Shown piece after piece: positions 23,074 through 34,590 of a DNA stretch of 38,076 bases. The position numbers were made by a program, and so were the translations under genes. Positions within the stretch are counted from its first letter, which is position 1, and every line of letters begins with the position of its first letter. The DNA is from Trypethelium eluteriae (lineage: Eukaryota), in NCBI GenBank assembly GCA_051942245.1, contig JAVECL010000190.1, positions 1 to 38,076 on the forward strand, written 5' to 3'. The notes under the pieces were generated by a model. That model was given only the letters and a program-made list of their open reading frames with translations. It did not search any database and was not told the origin of the DNA.

Positions 23074-24857
23074 TATACAAAGCTATATTATTTTTATTAT
23101 CTTTATTACTAAAGAGATATGCTTATATAACAAGATTTAGAATATAGCCTTAGCAGTAAATACAATTTTAAATAGCCGTCCAGTCAATCCGGTAAGTTTT
23201 AAAAAAGTATATTAATATCATATAACAAAGAGTATTATTTGTAGCTGCATTATTGCCAACAATTATGCTAATTAACTTTATACAGCCATATTCTTTAAAG
23301 ACCAGAAGTAAGACTGACCACTGAGCTTTGCTGCTATGGCCTGGTATTATATGGAGATTAATTAAATAAGTATAAAATTAATTAGTATAATTAATATAGC
23401 TTGCATAAATAGCTAAAAAAAGGTAGTTATTTAGAGATATCCAGATATTAATAGCTAGATGGATTCACATCTTTGCAGACTGGATTAATCTTTATACAAT
23501 ATCTTTTGATTCTGGAAAAGACTCTTAAACTCTTTTCTTTATTATATTATGAGAGCAAGGAAGTTTAACCTAGGGATTAAGTATAAAAATAAATTTATGT
23601 AATACGTCCTATTTAATAAGTTAAAAAAAAAGTCCGCATATAATAAGCAGATTAAGAAATGCTATTATTATAAGTGTAATATTTATTATACAAGAGTATA
23701 TATATCACTTAAATTCAGCCGCTTCTCCTTTTATATAAAGCTTTTTATAATCCGCTTTTAATTAATCAGTTAAAGTTAAAGCTGTTAAGTATAATGTTAT
23801 ACAAAATTAATTAATCCCAACTTTTAGGTAATATTTCTAAATATAACCTCATAATCCACTAGTTAATAAAAAAAACTTTTTATTATAATATTTATAATAA
23901 TAAAGTAATTTTTTTTTAAGTCTCTTTAATTTATTTAGCTTTTTTATACAATAATAAATATGGATATCTAACCTATATCAAGCTTCAGACTCAGTACTCT
24001 CAATATCAGCAGTAAAAAAAAATTCTTCAGTCTAAATAAATGCCATAGCTATAGCTTATTTTATGCAAAGAGTCTTATTTCACAAAGAATTTCTAAAATT
24101 TAGCTATTTGTGTGGGGGCTAGCGTATCGTACGATAGTATCGTTATCGTACCGTTGCCCAGTCTGGCTACCTGTTAGCTCGTCCGTGCACGGGCCACGTG
24201 ATCTATCACGCACGCACGGTGGTCACCCAAGCACACCTATGCGATAGCTAGCCCTTTGTGCTATGTCTGATGTTGAGTCAGTTTCCTGCTTGTCTTGTAA
24301 TCGTTCATCGACGTGATGCGCAATGATCAATACGTACTCTATATGGGCTAAACCTACTTTACATATTCCGTCAATACACCGGCACGGCTACGCAGGCCAG
24401 AGTATGACAGAGGCGGGACTACTTACGGTAAGGTACCTACCTTGCCTAGGAGGTAGGGAACAAGGCAACATCAGCTGATATACTCCAGGCACAGCCCTTC
24501 ACCCACCACGCTATCAAACAGTTGCAACCCAGAGATGGATCTACGCGGCCACGTCGCAAAAGCGCGGGAGCCTGAAATGCAAGCTTATGCGTTGTAGAGG
24601 CGTCACACCCTGCCCTGAGTTCCAATAGGAGGTTGTGAAAACCTTTATGTCTAGTGCGGCTACCAGTTGCCTGGCAGGGATGCGGAGCAGGCATTGCTGC
24701 CTACATGCTTCAAGTCAGGCTGAAGATGTCGACCAGCTTTACCTCAGGTATTTAAGGTGAATGAAAAGTCCACTTGTCCCGACAAGGTTCGCCTCGAATT
24801 TCATACTTCTCACCTTCTTCTCAATCTCCTCACCTCGTCGCATATTGTTCATCAAAG

Positions 24858-26448
24858 ATGGCAACTGTTCAGTACGATCCTCAAGTTGCTGCCCAGGGCG
24901 CTTGGAAACAATACGATACCCATTGTGGAGGTCGCCAAGTTGAGACAGAGACTCATGTTCTACAAATCCTGCGCGAACAGTACCACTCGTCCCACATTAC
25001 CCCCACCAATCCTAACAAAAACGATTTCCTAGCCTTCGCAGAGGCTGGGAATGCTACCGCGGAGCTCGAAAGGGACAACATCAGTCACATTATACGAAGT
25101 TATTCTGAGACAACGAGAGATTCAAAAGGTGCAAATGGTAATGCAAGCACGGAAAGCATTGATAAGACTAAGAGACTGGAGCATGGTAATCGAATCGGTG
25201 TTCTTCGTGATACGGTCAAGTTTGGGCGCTATCACTATGTGTGGGAGAAAAAAAATTTTTGAGCTCTACTTCGTAGTCATTCCTCAAACGTTTGGAGGTG
25301 GAAAAGACGTTTGTTACGTGATTGCTGATCCGGAGGAAAAGGTTGAAAATGGTCTTTGTCCTGTCGTGGACGATTTACTTCTCGCTACTGGCGAGTGGAC
25401 GAGGCAATTGTATGATGAAATTTGGGTGTTCGATGCCGGAATGTGGACTAAGAACTCGGAGCTTTGTAAGGCTGTTCGCGGATCGTCGTGGGATAACGTC
25501 ATTCTTGATCCGGCTACAAAAGACAATCTGATCGATGATATCCAAGGCTTCTTTGACAGTCAAGCCTTGTATAATGAATTTGCTGTCCCCTGGAAGCGTG
25601 GTATCATCCTTCACGGACTTCCTGGAAACGGCAAGACCATGTCGATTCGTGCCATGATCAGCTACCTTGACCGCCGTCCGAAACCGATCCCGTCTCTCTA
25701 CGTTAAGGCATTTGAAGCCAAGGGGGCTTGCCTTGGTCCTGATGACTCGATTCGCGATATCTTCAGCCACGCTCGTCGGACAGCACCTTGTTTGTTGATC
25801 TTCGAAGACTTGGACAGCCTTGTCAAGGATGAGATCCGCAGCTACTTTTTGAACGAGGTAGACGGATTAGATTCCAACGATGGCATTCTGATGGTAGGGT
25901 CCACCAATCACCTTGCCAAATTAGACCCGGCAATTGCGAACCGACCAAGTCGCTTTGACCGCAAATATCATTTCAGGCTACCCGAAGAGCCTGAGCGGCT
26001 TGCGTACTGCGAGTATTGGAGGAACCAGGTGGCCAAGAATCCCAAAGTCGACTTTCCTCCCGGTCTTTCACAAATCTTCGCACAACTGACAAAGGGCTTC
26101 AGTTTTGCTTACCTGAAAGAGTTGTTTATCTCGTCTCTTCTTATCTTGGCTCGAGGAGGACGCGTTCCGGACGATAAAATCGTCGCCAACGGTGACAGCG
26201 ACGGCTGGCACCAAGCTTCAAATCTCAGACATGAAGCCAACGGGAACCAAGCAGATGACTCTAAAGAAGACACCAAGAAAGTGGCCGAAGTGAGCAGTAA
26301 AGCCGAGGAGAGAAAAGCGCTTGTGGTCTCCCAAGTCCCCGATGTGGAAGTCCCCGATGATCTGCGCGAAAATGCCCTTCTCAAGGCACTTCGTCATCAA
26401 CTTCGTGTGCTTATCTCGGAAATGGACAACACGGGACCAGCAAAGTAG
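24858..26448 (+). CDS. AAA+ ATPase of a fungal uncharacterised type, intronless, interrupted by a +1 frameshift at ~25248-25260 (pseudogene or sequence error)
   Basis: Walker A GLPGNGKT, Walker B LLIFEDLD, SRH STNH..LDPAIANRPSRFD. The N-terminal ORF (MATVQY...FGRYHYVWEKKNF) joins ELYFVV... if one base of A8T5 is removed. Confidence 0.85.
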
Positions 26449-27854
26449 TATCGTCCTATGTGTCTGTGAGATCTGCAAATCGCTTTCCCGTTTTTCCAAA
26501 GGCAAGATGCATGATTAATTTGCTTTTATATGCGTCTATACTTTCAATCCCTGGTGCCGGATTTCAATGCATGTTCTCAACCCGCTTGAATTGAACGGAT
26601 ATATCGGTTGATTGTCAATACAGTAAAGGGGCTTCGTTTTTCGTCCTAATAATCACCTGCGAGAAGAAGATCCCGAAATGTCTTGTACGACGCACAAAGT
26701 TCGCCCAGTTGATTTATGGCTCATGCTTGACATGTGTAAACATAAACTTCGCATCACCGCACGACTGCCACGTCTCTGATAGGTGCACAGCAATATGTAG
26801 TATATCAATTTAAGTGTGATTCCCTATCCATTACAGTTACATTAGCCACCATCCGCAGGCCATTTGAACCAGTCTATTTCATTCGCTCCCGGCACACCAA
26901 GAATTTATGCCTTGAAATTAGGGGAGACCGGCAAACAAGTTGCCGCATTCAAGTTGTAGCAAAATAGATACTCTTTGCACGGGTTTTCGTACCCCATATT
27001 CTGCCGTCGGACAATTCCATCTCAGGTCTCAAAGATTGCAAGTGTCTGATGTCATCTTGGGGTTGTGGGTCTTCATAAAAAAAGTATACTAAAACTCGGT
27101 ATAAAACATATCTTGGGTAATTGCTGTACGTTGTAGGGAGCCAAATGGTGTCACCAAAGGTAGGGAGACAAGAAAGGAGAGCAGTGTGCCTCTGAATTGT
27201 TGTAGTATATCTGCCTACATGGAGTTCAAGACGAGAGGAGAGAGTACAAGTGAGTGGTTCTAAACTCCATGCTTATGTACGCTATCGAGCTATCCCTACC
27301 TTGTGTCTGCCATAACAACTCCCCCTGTCCAGGGAGTCACTGTTCTAGCAAAGAAAGGAAAGACTTCATGTAATTCTCGGTATCCTCCATGTTTCATGTC
27401 CATTATCCTTCGAGTGTCAATTCATTTCCTTTGTTCTTGTCATCCCTTGTCCATTTTCTACTCTCCATCCATCCTCTTCCATGCTATCTTGACCATTTGG
27501 TGACCCAGTAGGCCTGTATCTGTTGTTCCGAGTTGTTGTCTGTAGGAGTTGAGGCTTCTGCGGCGGAAGATTTAGTGACGGTGAAGGTCTCCATGGCAGT
27601 AGATATTAATGTTGTAAAAGGTGGTAAAAGCTTTTAGATTAAGCTATGGAGGCGAGGGCATCTATATACGTGGCAACCCACGATCCTCACTCGTAATCAC
27701 GTGAATAGGATTGCCTTCTCATACCCCCTAACAATTGGGACTTCAGATCCGAGCTTCGTGCTGTATGGATCCACATCCTAATCTATCCCTTGGATGATCA
27801 TGATCCCTCTTCACCCCCTAAGTAAAATACCTCTTAGGCCCTGTTAAAGATGAA

Positions 27855-27916
27855 CCTCTGGGTCTGCCTCTGGGTGTAAATCTCTGGGCCTGCCTCTCGG
27901 TCTGCCTCTGGGCCTC
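27855..27916. repeat. Imperfect ~12-bp tandem repeat (TGCCTCTGGGTC-like, ~5 units)
   Basis: cctctgggtctgcctctgggtgtaaatctctgggcctgcctctcggtctgcctctgggcc. Confidence 0.7.
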
Positions 27917-29253
27917 GCTGAGGTAAGGTAGGTAAAACGTGAGGTGGTTGGTTGGAAAAGAGCATCCGGAATGCATCCATATTCCGGTGGCCAGTACTTT
28001 CACTCGTCACCCCGTCCATCTCTCTGGCGCAATACAATCGGTAGGTACTCCTTCCGTAGGAGTCCGCGGTAGTGATACGCGTACGGCGCGCCAGCGTGTC
28101 CCGGTTGCCGACAGAGTTGCCTGTAGCAACTCTGTCTGCCGAGCGAAAGGGAGAATGAAGGGACTTACGCACTCGCATCTTGACATTTCCTCCTGGTCAA
28201 TGATATCAAGCGAACAGATTCTTACGGTCACCCCATACCGCCGGATTGCCGCTGAGATGCCAATTGATAGGCTTGGATGGCTCCTGGTACGAAGAGCACA
28301 TCCACACCTACCAAAGCCAAAACAGTACGGCTCTGAGGCCTGGATACCAGCGGTGCAAGCTGCTGTCCTCCAACTCCGAGGACAGGAGCGGGCCCAGGAT
28401 GAAAGGGAGAGGCGGTGATGGTGGTGGGATGGGTGGCAGGGGTGGCGGCGGCAGGGGCAGCAGGAGCAGCAGGAGCAGGGGCAGCCCTAGCGTATGAAGG
28501 TATTAGTAGATTGTTTGTATGATAGTGATTTGACTTATATTGTTGATTTTTTTTTTCTGAGAACAGAAACCCTTCAGGCGAGAGTTTGATATTCTATTAA
28601 TATATTAGCATGTTAAAGCCTTATATAAAAGACTCTGAAGCTTAGTTTTGATGGATGTAGGATTGTACAACACTAAATTGGTGACTTACGCTTCTGTTGC
28701 TGATGCTACTGTTGCTGCTGCTAATTGGTGAAGAAGCAAAAATTAGCTAATGTAGAGAACAGGCTTTGTGTGCTTACGCTAGGTCTAATTTGGCATACTT
28801 AGTCAATGGAGTATGAAAATGCGAATTTTGGATATCATTCAGATATTTATACAAATGTATCCAAATTCAGCTTTATGTATTCATTATTCTATCCTGCTAT
28901 GTTTCCGAACCCTGCATACGTGATCGTCATGCGCTGTTGTCATCACCCAGAAGAGTTGGTAAAAATTGTGTATATTCTGTTGGCGGAGGGCTTGCTAGAG
29001 CGTTGAATTATTCATGGTTTGGTGCTCTGGCAGAACCCTGGCTTCAGCAAGTTGTGAATTCGTGGGTTGAACGATGATCTCAGTGGAGGTAGCGTGCTTA
29101 TACACAATGGAAACTGTAGGATCCATCTGATACTGCACCCATGGCACAGGTAATGTGGCTGTGCTTCATAGAAAAAAGAGTAGAAGTATCTTGAATAACT
29201 TCCCGCTCAGTTTCTCCCCTTCTCATAAAAGCCATTGATGTAATCGCATGCTA

Positions 29254-30659
29254 TTACTCCTCCATGATATCTAGAGTAGTGAAATTTGCCTTCAGAAGTT
29301 CCTCGTCGATAAGCATTCCTCCGCTGCTTTTGTGATGGTCTTCGGTACTATCTGTTGTCCGTCGATGATCGGATAGTACACATGTCTCTCGAGAAAGGCA
29401 GAGAGAGCAGCCAGTTAAGGCACATGCTTCGCCATAACAGCAGACAGATGCTGCACAGCCGCCACCGTCCAGGAGTAGCACCGAGTAGAAGGGAATTTTA
29501 GCCTATCTGAGTCGGGTGAAGGGAGAGGGAAGGAAACATGCCTTTGACGTGCATCCTTAGGGAACAGAAGAGGGACACCATGGCCAAGCTTACGGACCAA
29601 ATGGGAGATGGCAGAGCCCGTCTTCATGCTTCGTTTTAGCTCTTCCCGTTTGATCTCCAGAACCGAAGGGATAAAATCAAGTACGATACTGTTCGCATCC
29701 TTTCCACGTGTGTATGAGATGCCCTTCTCCGTGAGGAGTTTCATAATATCGGCTTGTTCTCCATTCACGGCTTCAATTAGCTTGGCATATCGTGCCTAGG
29801 TATGTTGGTCGTTGCGGATTTGTAGAATCCGCTGTAGGTTAGTCTGGCCGGCCATCGTATGCTGAGAGAGCGCCAGGACTCGAAGGTATTCGTACATATG
29901 GCGCGAGTCCTGAAACGTTTTCTCCGCCATAAGTTTCTGAGCACGTAAAGCAACGGTGGTGTCGCCTTTTTCCGGCAGGGAGTGTGAATGGATTTCCAGA
30001 ACAATGTCCATCAAGTGTTTTAGCCAGTGGCTGATAGCGTCTCGTCGAAGATAGGGCGTGTCATTTCTTCGGCTTGGACGGCAGTGATTTCACGCTCAGT
30101 AGACCTGTTCCCAATGACCGCACCATTAAGGTTACGGAAGACAGCATTCCGATGCTCGTTCATGCTAATAGTGCTGTTGGTAGGGACGAGTGGTTTAAGT
30201 ATGGTGTCCACCTTCATCACCAGTGCTGTCTCCTTGGCTTGACCACTGTCCTTTGTACTTTAGTAATCTTCATCAGAGCTCTCGTATCGAATTTTGCGAG
30301 TATGAGCTCCGACATGTCCAGGTTAACAAACTTTGTCTGAAGCCAGTGCCTTACTCGGCAGTACAGACGATACTGTGCTTCGTATGGAGAGAGGACTGCT
30401 ATGTCTCGCGGTTCGATATTGCTTTCGAGGAGGCGTCTGAGCTTTCCTCGCCATTAGTCTCTGCCTCATCCACAGCTTCCTCCATGACTTCATCATCATC
30501 GCCCTGTCTCCCACCACTCTCAGTGATACGCTGTATAACACTGAGGCCCATATTAAGAGCTACGGCATGTAAACCTTTGGCAATCTGACAGATCGCAGAC
30601 TGCGTCTGCATCTGTGTCGGGGCTGGGTCACCCACCAGAGCCTTCACTGCGTTACGGAA
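29254..30659 (-). pseudogene. Decayed gene of unknown function (acidic stretch, helical C-terminal part with LVRKLGHGVPLLFP)
   Basis: Chain of protein-like minus-strand ORFs (30647-30399, 30220-30020, 30014-29796, 29768-29415) separated by single stops or frameshifts. Begins at a TTAG splice acceptor. Confidence 0.5.
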
Positions 30660-30740
30660 CTAATGATATCAATAAGTAACAGGCTATCTAGGTTGATCAT
30701 TAGGAACTTAAATTGTTGATTGCTGTCAGCTGAGCCTCAT

Positions 30741-32170
30741 TTAACACTTCAATGTCTTCTGGAGGGATGTATTGGAAGCCACCAGTTTCGAGCGCCGCTT
30801 GTGACGTGCCAAGCTTGTCATTAAGGCGGCGTTGGAGTGGTGTATCTTGGCGGCCAGATGGGGGTTTGTACCCAACAACAGACGCCTTGCCCTTTGAAGT
30901 CTAGCCAGGTAGAAATAGGCTGGACTAGCACAGACAAGAGACTCGCTGAGCACTACCATCTTATAGCCTGGATTGTGCAGGTTCGTGTTCTTGGGGTCGT
31001 ACCACGGGTGATCTCCATTCACCCGGCGCTGTTTGAACATAAAGTTTACCACCTGCTTCAGACCTACCTCAAACTTGTACGCGATCCTGATCTCTCGCTG
31101 ATGCTTTCTGAAGGGGGGGTTTTTTTCTTTCGTGCTGAAGCTGGTCCAAGTATGCTCCTTGATGTTCGCCGCCGTCCAACCCCCCGGGCCCAAAGTCCGC
31201 TCTGGCACTAGCGAGACCAGGAAAAGAGCTGACGATCCAAGCGAGCCGGCTTCCCTTGATGATCGCAGTGTCACTGATGGTCGGTCGTAATTCGTCTCTT
31301 TGTCGGTGTAGAGGCAGTGCTTGCCACTTCCGCGTCGCCTCAGCGACCTCCTTCTAGAGCTCGGTGCTGGCATGGTTCGAATAGGCATTCATGAGGGCAA
31401 GCTCATCGTTGCTCGCCGGACAGGCAACCTCTCTGATCTCCATCAGGGGAATGTTCATCAGAGGCTGTCCATTCCACTCAGTCTCACCCGTCCGCCGGAT
31501 GAAATATCCCAGCAAGACTGCAGTGAACTCTTGCATGACGCCTCTATAATGTCGACAACTTTAACGGCACGACTCACAGGATCCTGCTGGAAGCCGACGA
31601 TGGTGCCCTGGGCAGAGACTTGCGATACGGCTCGTCGACCGTATGTGGCTCCCTTGGAGATATGTTCCGAAGTGGCACCAGCGACGTCTTTCAGCGCCTT
31701 GTCAAGAGCCACAGTATGTAGATCATAGGCAATTTAACACATCACGCACTGGATCTGCCTCTGTGGCATGTTTGGGTCATCGACAAGAGCCTTCACTGTG
31801 TCGTGGAACTAATGATGAGTTTCTTGCCTGCGTATCGGTTCTTTAGTTGAATGCTCTGTCTCCGCACAATCCCAAATACCCTATTCCGGCGCAGCTTTAT
31901 AATATTCGGATACATTTTTGGATCCAAGGCACAACGTGGTACCTATGCCGAACCAGCGGTGCGCGGTCTATCGATTTTGAGACCTGCGGTCGGATAGAGC
32001 ACTTTCGCGAACTTGCTGATCGATTCCATGACCTGCTTTCTCCGAGTTCCATCTCATCGAGAAGCCACACATTCAACTCCACCCCAGTATTTGTTGCCAG
32101 GACTATGGCTAGCACATCTTGCATCAGCTCTGATGTAGACGAGAACAGCATTGTCCTATATCTGTAATCT
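30741..32170 (-). pseudogene. Fragmented SNF2-like (SF2) helicase/ATPase remnant
   Basis: In the expected order: VWLLDEM (Walker B-like, ~32070-32050), HRWFGIGTT (motif III RWxxxGTP-like, ~31961-31935), LLGYFIRRT...WNGQPLMNIP (LRRT..G.Pl.LP-like, ~31510-31450) and KMVVLSE (start of C-terminal lobe-like, ~30960). Frameshifts lie between them. Confidence 0.5.
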
Positions 32171-33164
32171 TTACGAAAGTGCCCATCCAGGCTCGGATGT
32201 CTTCGCACCCGAGACCTCTTGTAGGGGAGAAAAAGTATGCGGTATAATCGCGGAACATAAATTCCTAAATATAAGGAATTCGTAATGACGCTCTGCTATT
32301 GTAATATCTTTTTATAAACCTCACATGATCTGATCAAAGATTTCCTTGTTGATTCTTTAATTAAGATAGCTAAATCTGCCTGATTCTTTCTCATCACTGA
32401 ACCTCATCTTTAAATAGCGATCTATATGCTCATAAAAGTGTCGAAGTATATGGTTCGAGGTTTCTACAACCGGCAAGCTGTAGTGTATGGTATTCGGAGT
32501 AAGCGTCGCAGTACATTGATGCCTTTCCGTAAAGCTGGACAGTTATAGATAAGGTGGAGATTTGGGAAACGATGAGTATGATTTTTCATACGGACCAGCT
32601 CAGCATTGACCGCCGTCAACATGAGCCGGCTAGGGGAGGTTGCCAAGACCGACCGCGGTAGGGTTACTCATAACAACAACCGTATGGGCCCCCGTCGGGG
32701 TAGGCCCGAGGCTTTTTTCGTTGGTGGGTTTGACCAACCTTGGAAAGCCCATGTTCGCCACCACTTGGCTTGTAGCCCGTTTTCATTTGCGTATCGAAAT
32801 GGATCGATGGAGGTTGGGAGATAAGAAAGTAAGTTGAGTTACTCTCTCCTCCTAATGCGGGTAGATGATGGCTAGGAGCGCGCTTGAGTTGCTGGCGCTC
32901 GAGATCTTCTTCTGCATGGCGTTAATTGATTTCTGTGTTCCTATGTTCAAGAGGTTGTCGGTGATTTTTCTTGGGGCATCCAGGCTGTGAGGTTCTCCGT
33001 CTCCCTGCTGCTCGGTCTCGTGGCTCTCCATTCCTCCTTCCGGCTTCCTGACGCGACGGTCGACGGCTTCCTTGCTTGGGCAGATGATGCTGCTGCCTGG
33101 CAATTTTGTCGGTAGCCTTCGCTGTATGTGCTCTAATACATTGGTCAGAGGGGCTGGCGACAAC

Positions 33165-33210
33165 AGTATCACTTCCAATGTTGCGAGTATCACTTCCAAT
33201 GTTGCAAGTA
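33165..33210. repeat. 21-bp tandem duplication (AGTATCACTTCCAATGTTGCG/A) x2.2
   Basis: Direct reading; encodes LATLEVI twice in the 33301-32852 minus ORF. Confidence 0.85.
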
Positions 33211-33350
33211 CCATTGAACTCCAAGCAAGAGCAACCCTTGTTTGGAGGGAACCTGGACGTTGGCCGTTTTTCCCCAGTCGGCGTAGCTTTTCGCCGTCCA
33301 TGGTGAAGATTGGCTTCCTGGAAGGAAAGTGGGAACCCTAAGACTTATGC

Positions 33351-34590
33351 CTATCCGCTATTTTTGTTCCACTGTATTGATAGGCAGACGCTTTTCCCGT
33401 GCTGAGACAGGGGTCGTCGTCCAATGGCAAGCAATGAAAGATGATAATAGAATCTATCGTTAAGGCTCTTGAGGCCAAAATTGCGGCCTTTCATAATCCA
33501 CTGGATGATTGGGGTATTGTCCGCGTGAGACGGCTCATGAGCTGGAAGTTGAGGTACAGTTTCCAAACAAACCTGGATCTTCTCAGTCGAGCATCTTTTA
33601 ATAGCTTTTCATATTGTTTTTATCCAGCCAGTGGGATAGAATACGTTTGTAGTGAATGATTTGAACACGGATACTTTTCGCAGTTTCCCCTTAGGCAGGG
33701 CATTGAGTTGTGCAACGTCTTTCTGTAGAAGCTCTATCGCGTGTTGGTAGGAGACCACGGACTGTTTATTTCGATTCATCACTTGCTGGAGGCTGTGGAA
33801 TTCTTCTCGTGCGCCGCTAGTACACTCAAGCTCGTTGATCGGCATCAGATCTATCTTCACCGTTTTTATGGTTCTGACGAGCCGTTCCCTCTCCGCTTTG
33901 CGTTGCTGCCATTCAGAATAACTTCTTAATGTCTTTGATTTGTCTGTAACAGCAGGGACGCATGCCCCCATTACAATGAGGATTTTTGCCTTCTCTTTCA
34001 GGTGTCTTATTAACCAAGCTTTCCAAAGGTGTAGAAGCGATTATGAACGGCTCCTTCGCTTCCATGAAACCATTGATTATCATTGCAGCTAACTGCAATG
34101 ATATCTGATTGCGATCAATGTTCTTCTGCAACATGGTGACATCAGTGGTGGCATCCTTCGTTGTGTTATCCAATCTTGTCACCATTCTGCTCATCTTGCT
34201 CTAAAACATCTGATCTGGTACTCCCAGAGTCGATATAATAGAGATAAGCTGTCGATTTAGAGTCGCTGCAAAGAAGCTAGACATGCGAATGATTGGGATC
34301 CACATTCGGAACGCGTCTTCTGGGCATGAACGGCATGAATACAAGGGTTCCTTTGGCGATTTCCCCGAATGCTACAGGATTTTAGATGGTTTCATTTTCA
34401 TGTGTTCTTCTAGACACATTTTGACTATCATCATTTGATACTGATATGATGATGCTCCGAGCGTAATCATCGTGGCCGGCACGAGTAGTGTAAGTGACAT
34501 CGTTGATGTCGTACCGCTTGAAAAGGTCTCCTTGAAGTTTGACGCCTCACCCACGAGGCGGGAGCCGACGCCAGAGGCATAGGGTACCAA
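33351..34590 (-). pseudogene. Decayed gene of unknown function with helical/coiled-coil-like segments
   Basis: Consecutive overlapping minus-strand ORFs (34590-34372, 34194-33913, 33971-33609, 33566-33351) with protein-like composition; no recognisable motif. Confidence 0.35.

Larger units (their letters stand above)
13214..24165 (-). mobile_element. RIP-inactivated hAT-superfamily DNA transposon (~2.4 kb once the two nested elements are removed)
   Basis: 14-bp TIRs CAGACTGGGCAACG (13214) / CGTTGCCCAGTCTG (ends 24165). Minus-strand remnants read IHLAINIWISLNN (=DIWTS), GHSSKAQW...GNNAATNN (=DNA..ND), YC*GYILNL (=CxGHILNL), K*NSWFNML (=RWNS) and ILLIPAISNKLK*VF (=SIPAMS..ERVFS, dimerisation domain). 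Confidence 0.9.

Noticed and set aside
28246..28497. Gly/Arg-rich plus-strand ORF resembling an RGG tail
   Set aside because: Arises from a GC-rich low-complexity tract that reads as Ala/Pro repeats on the other strand; coding strand cannot be determined.
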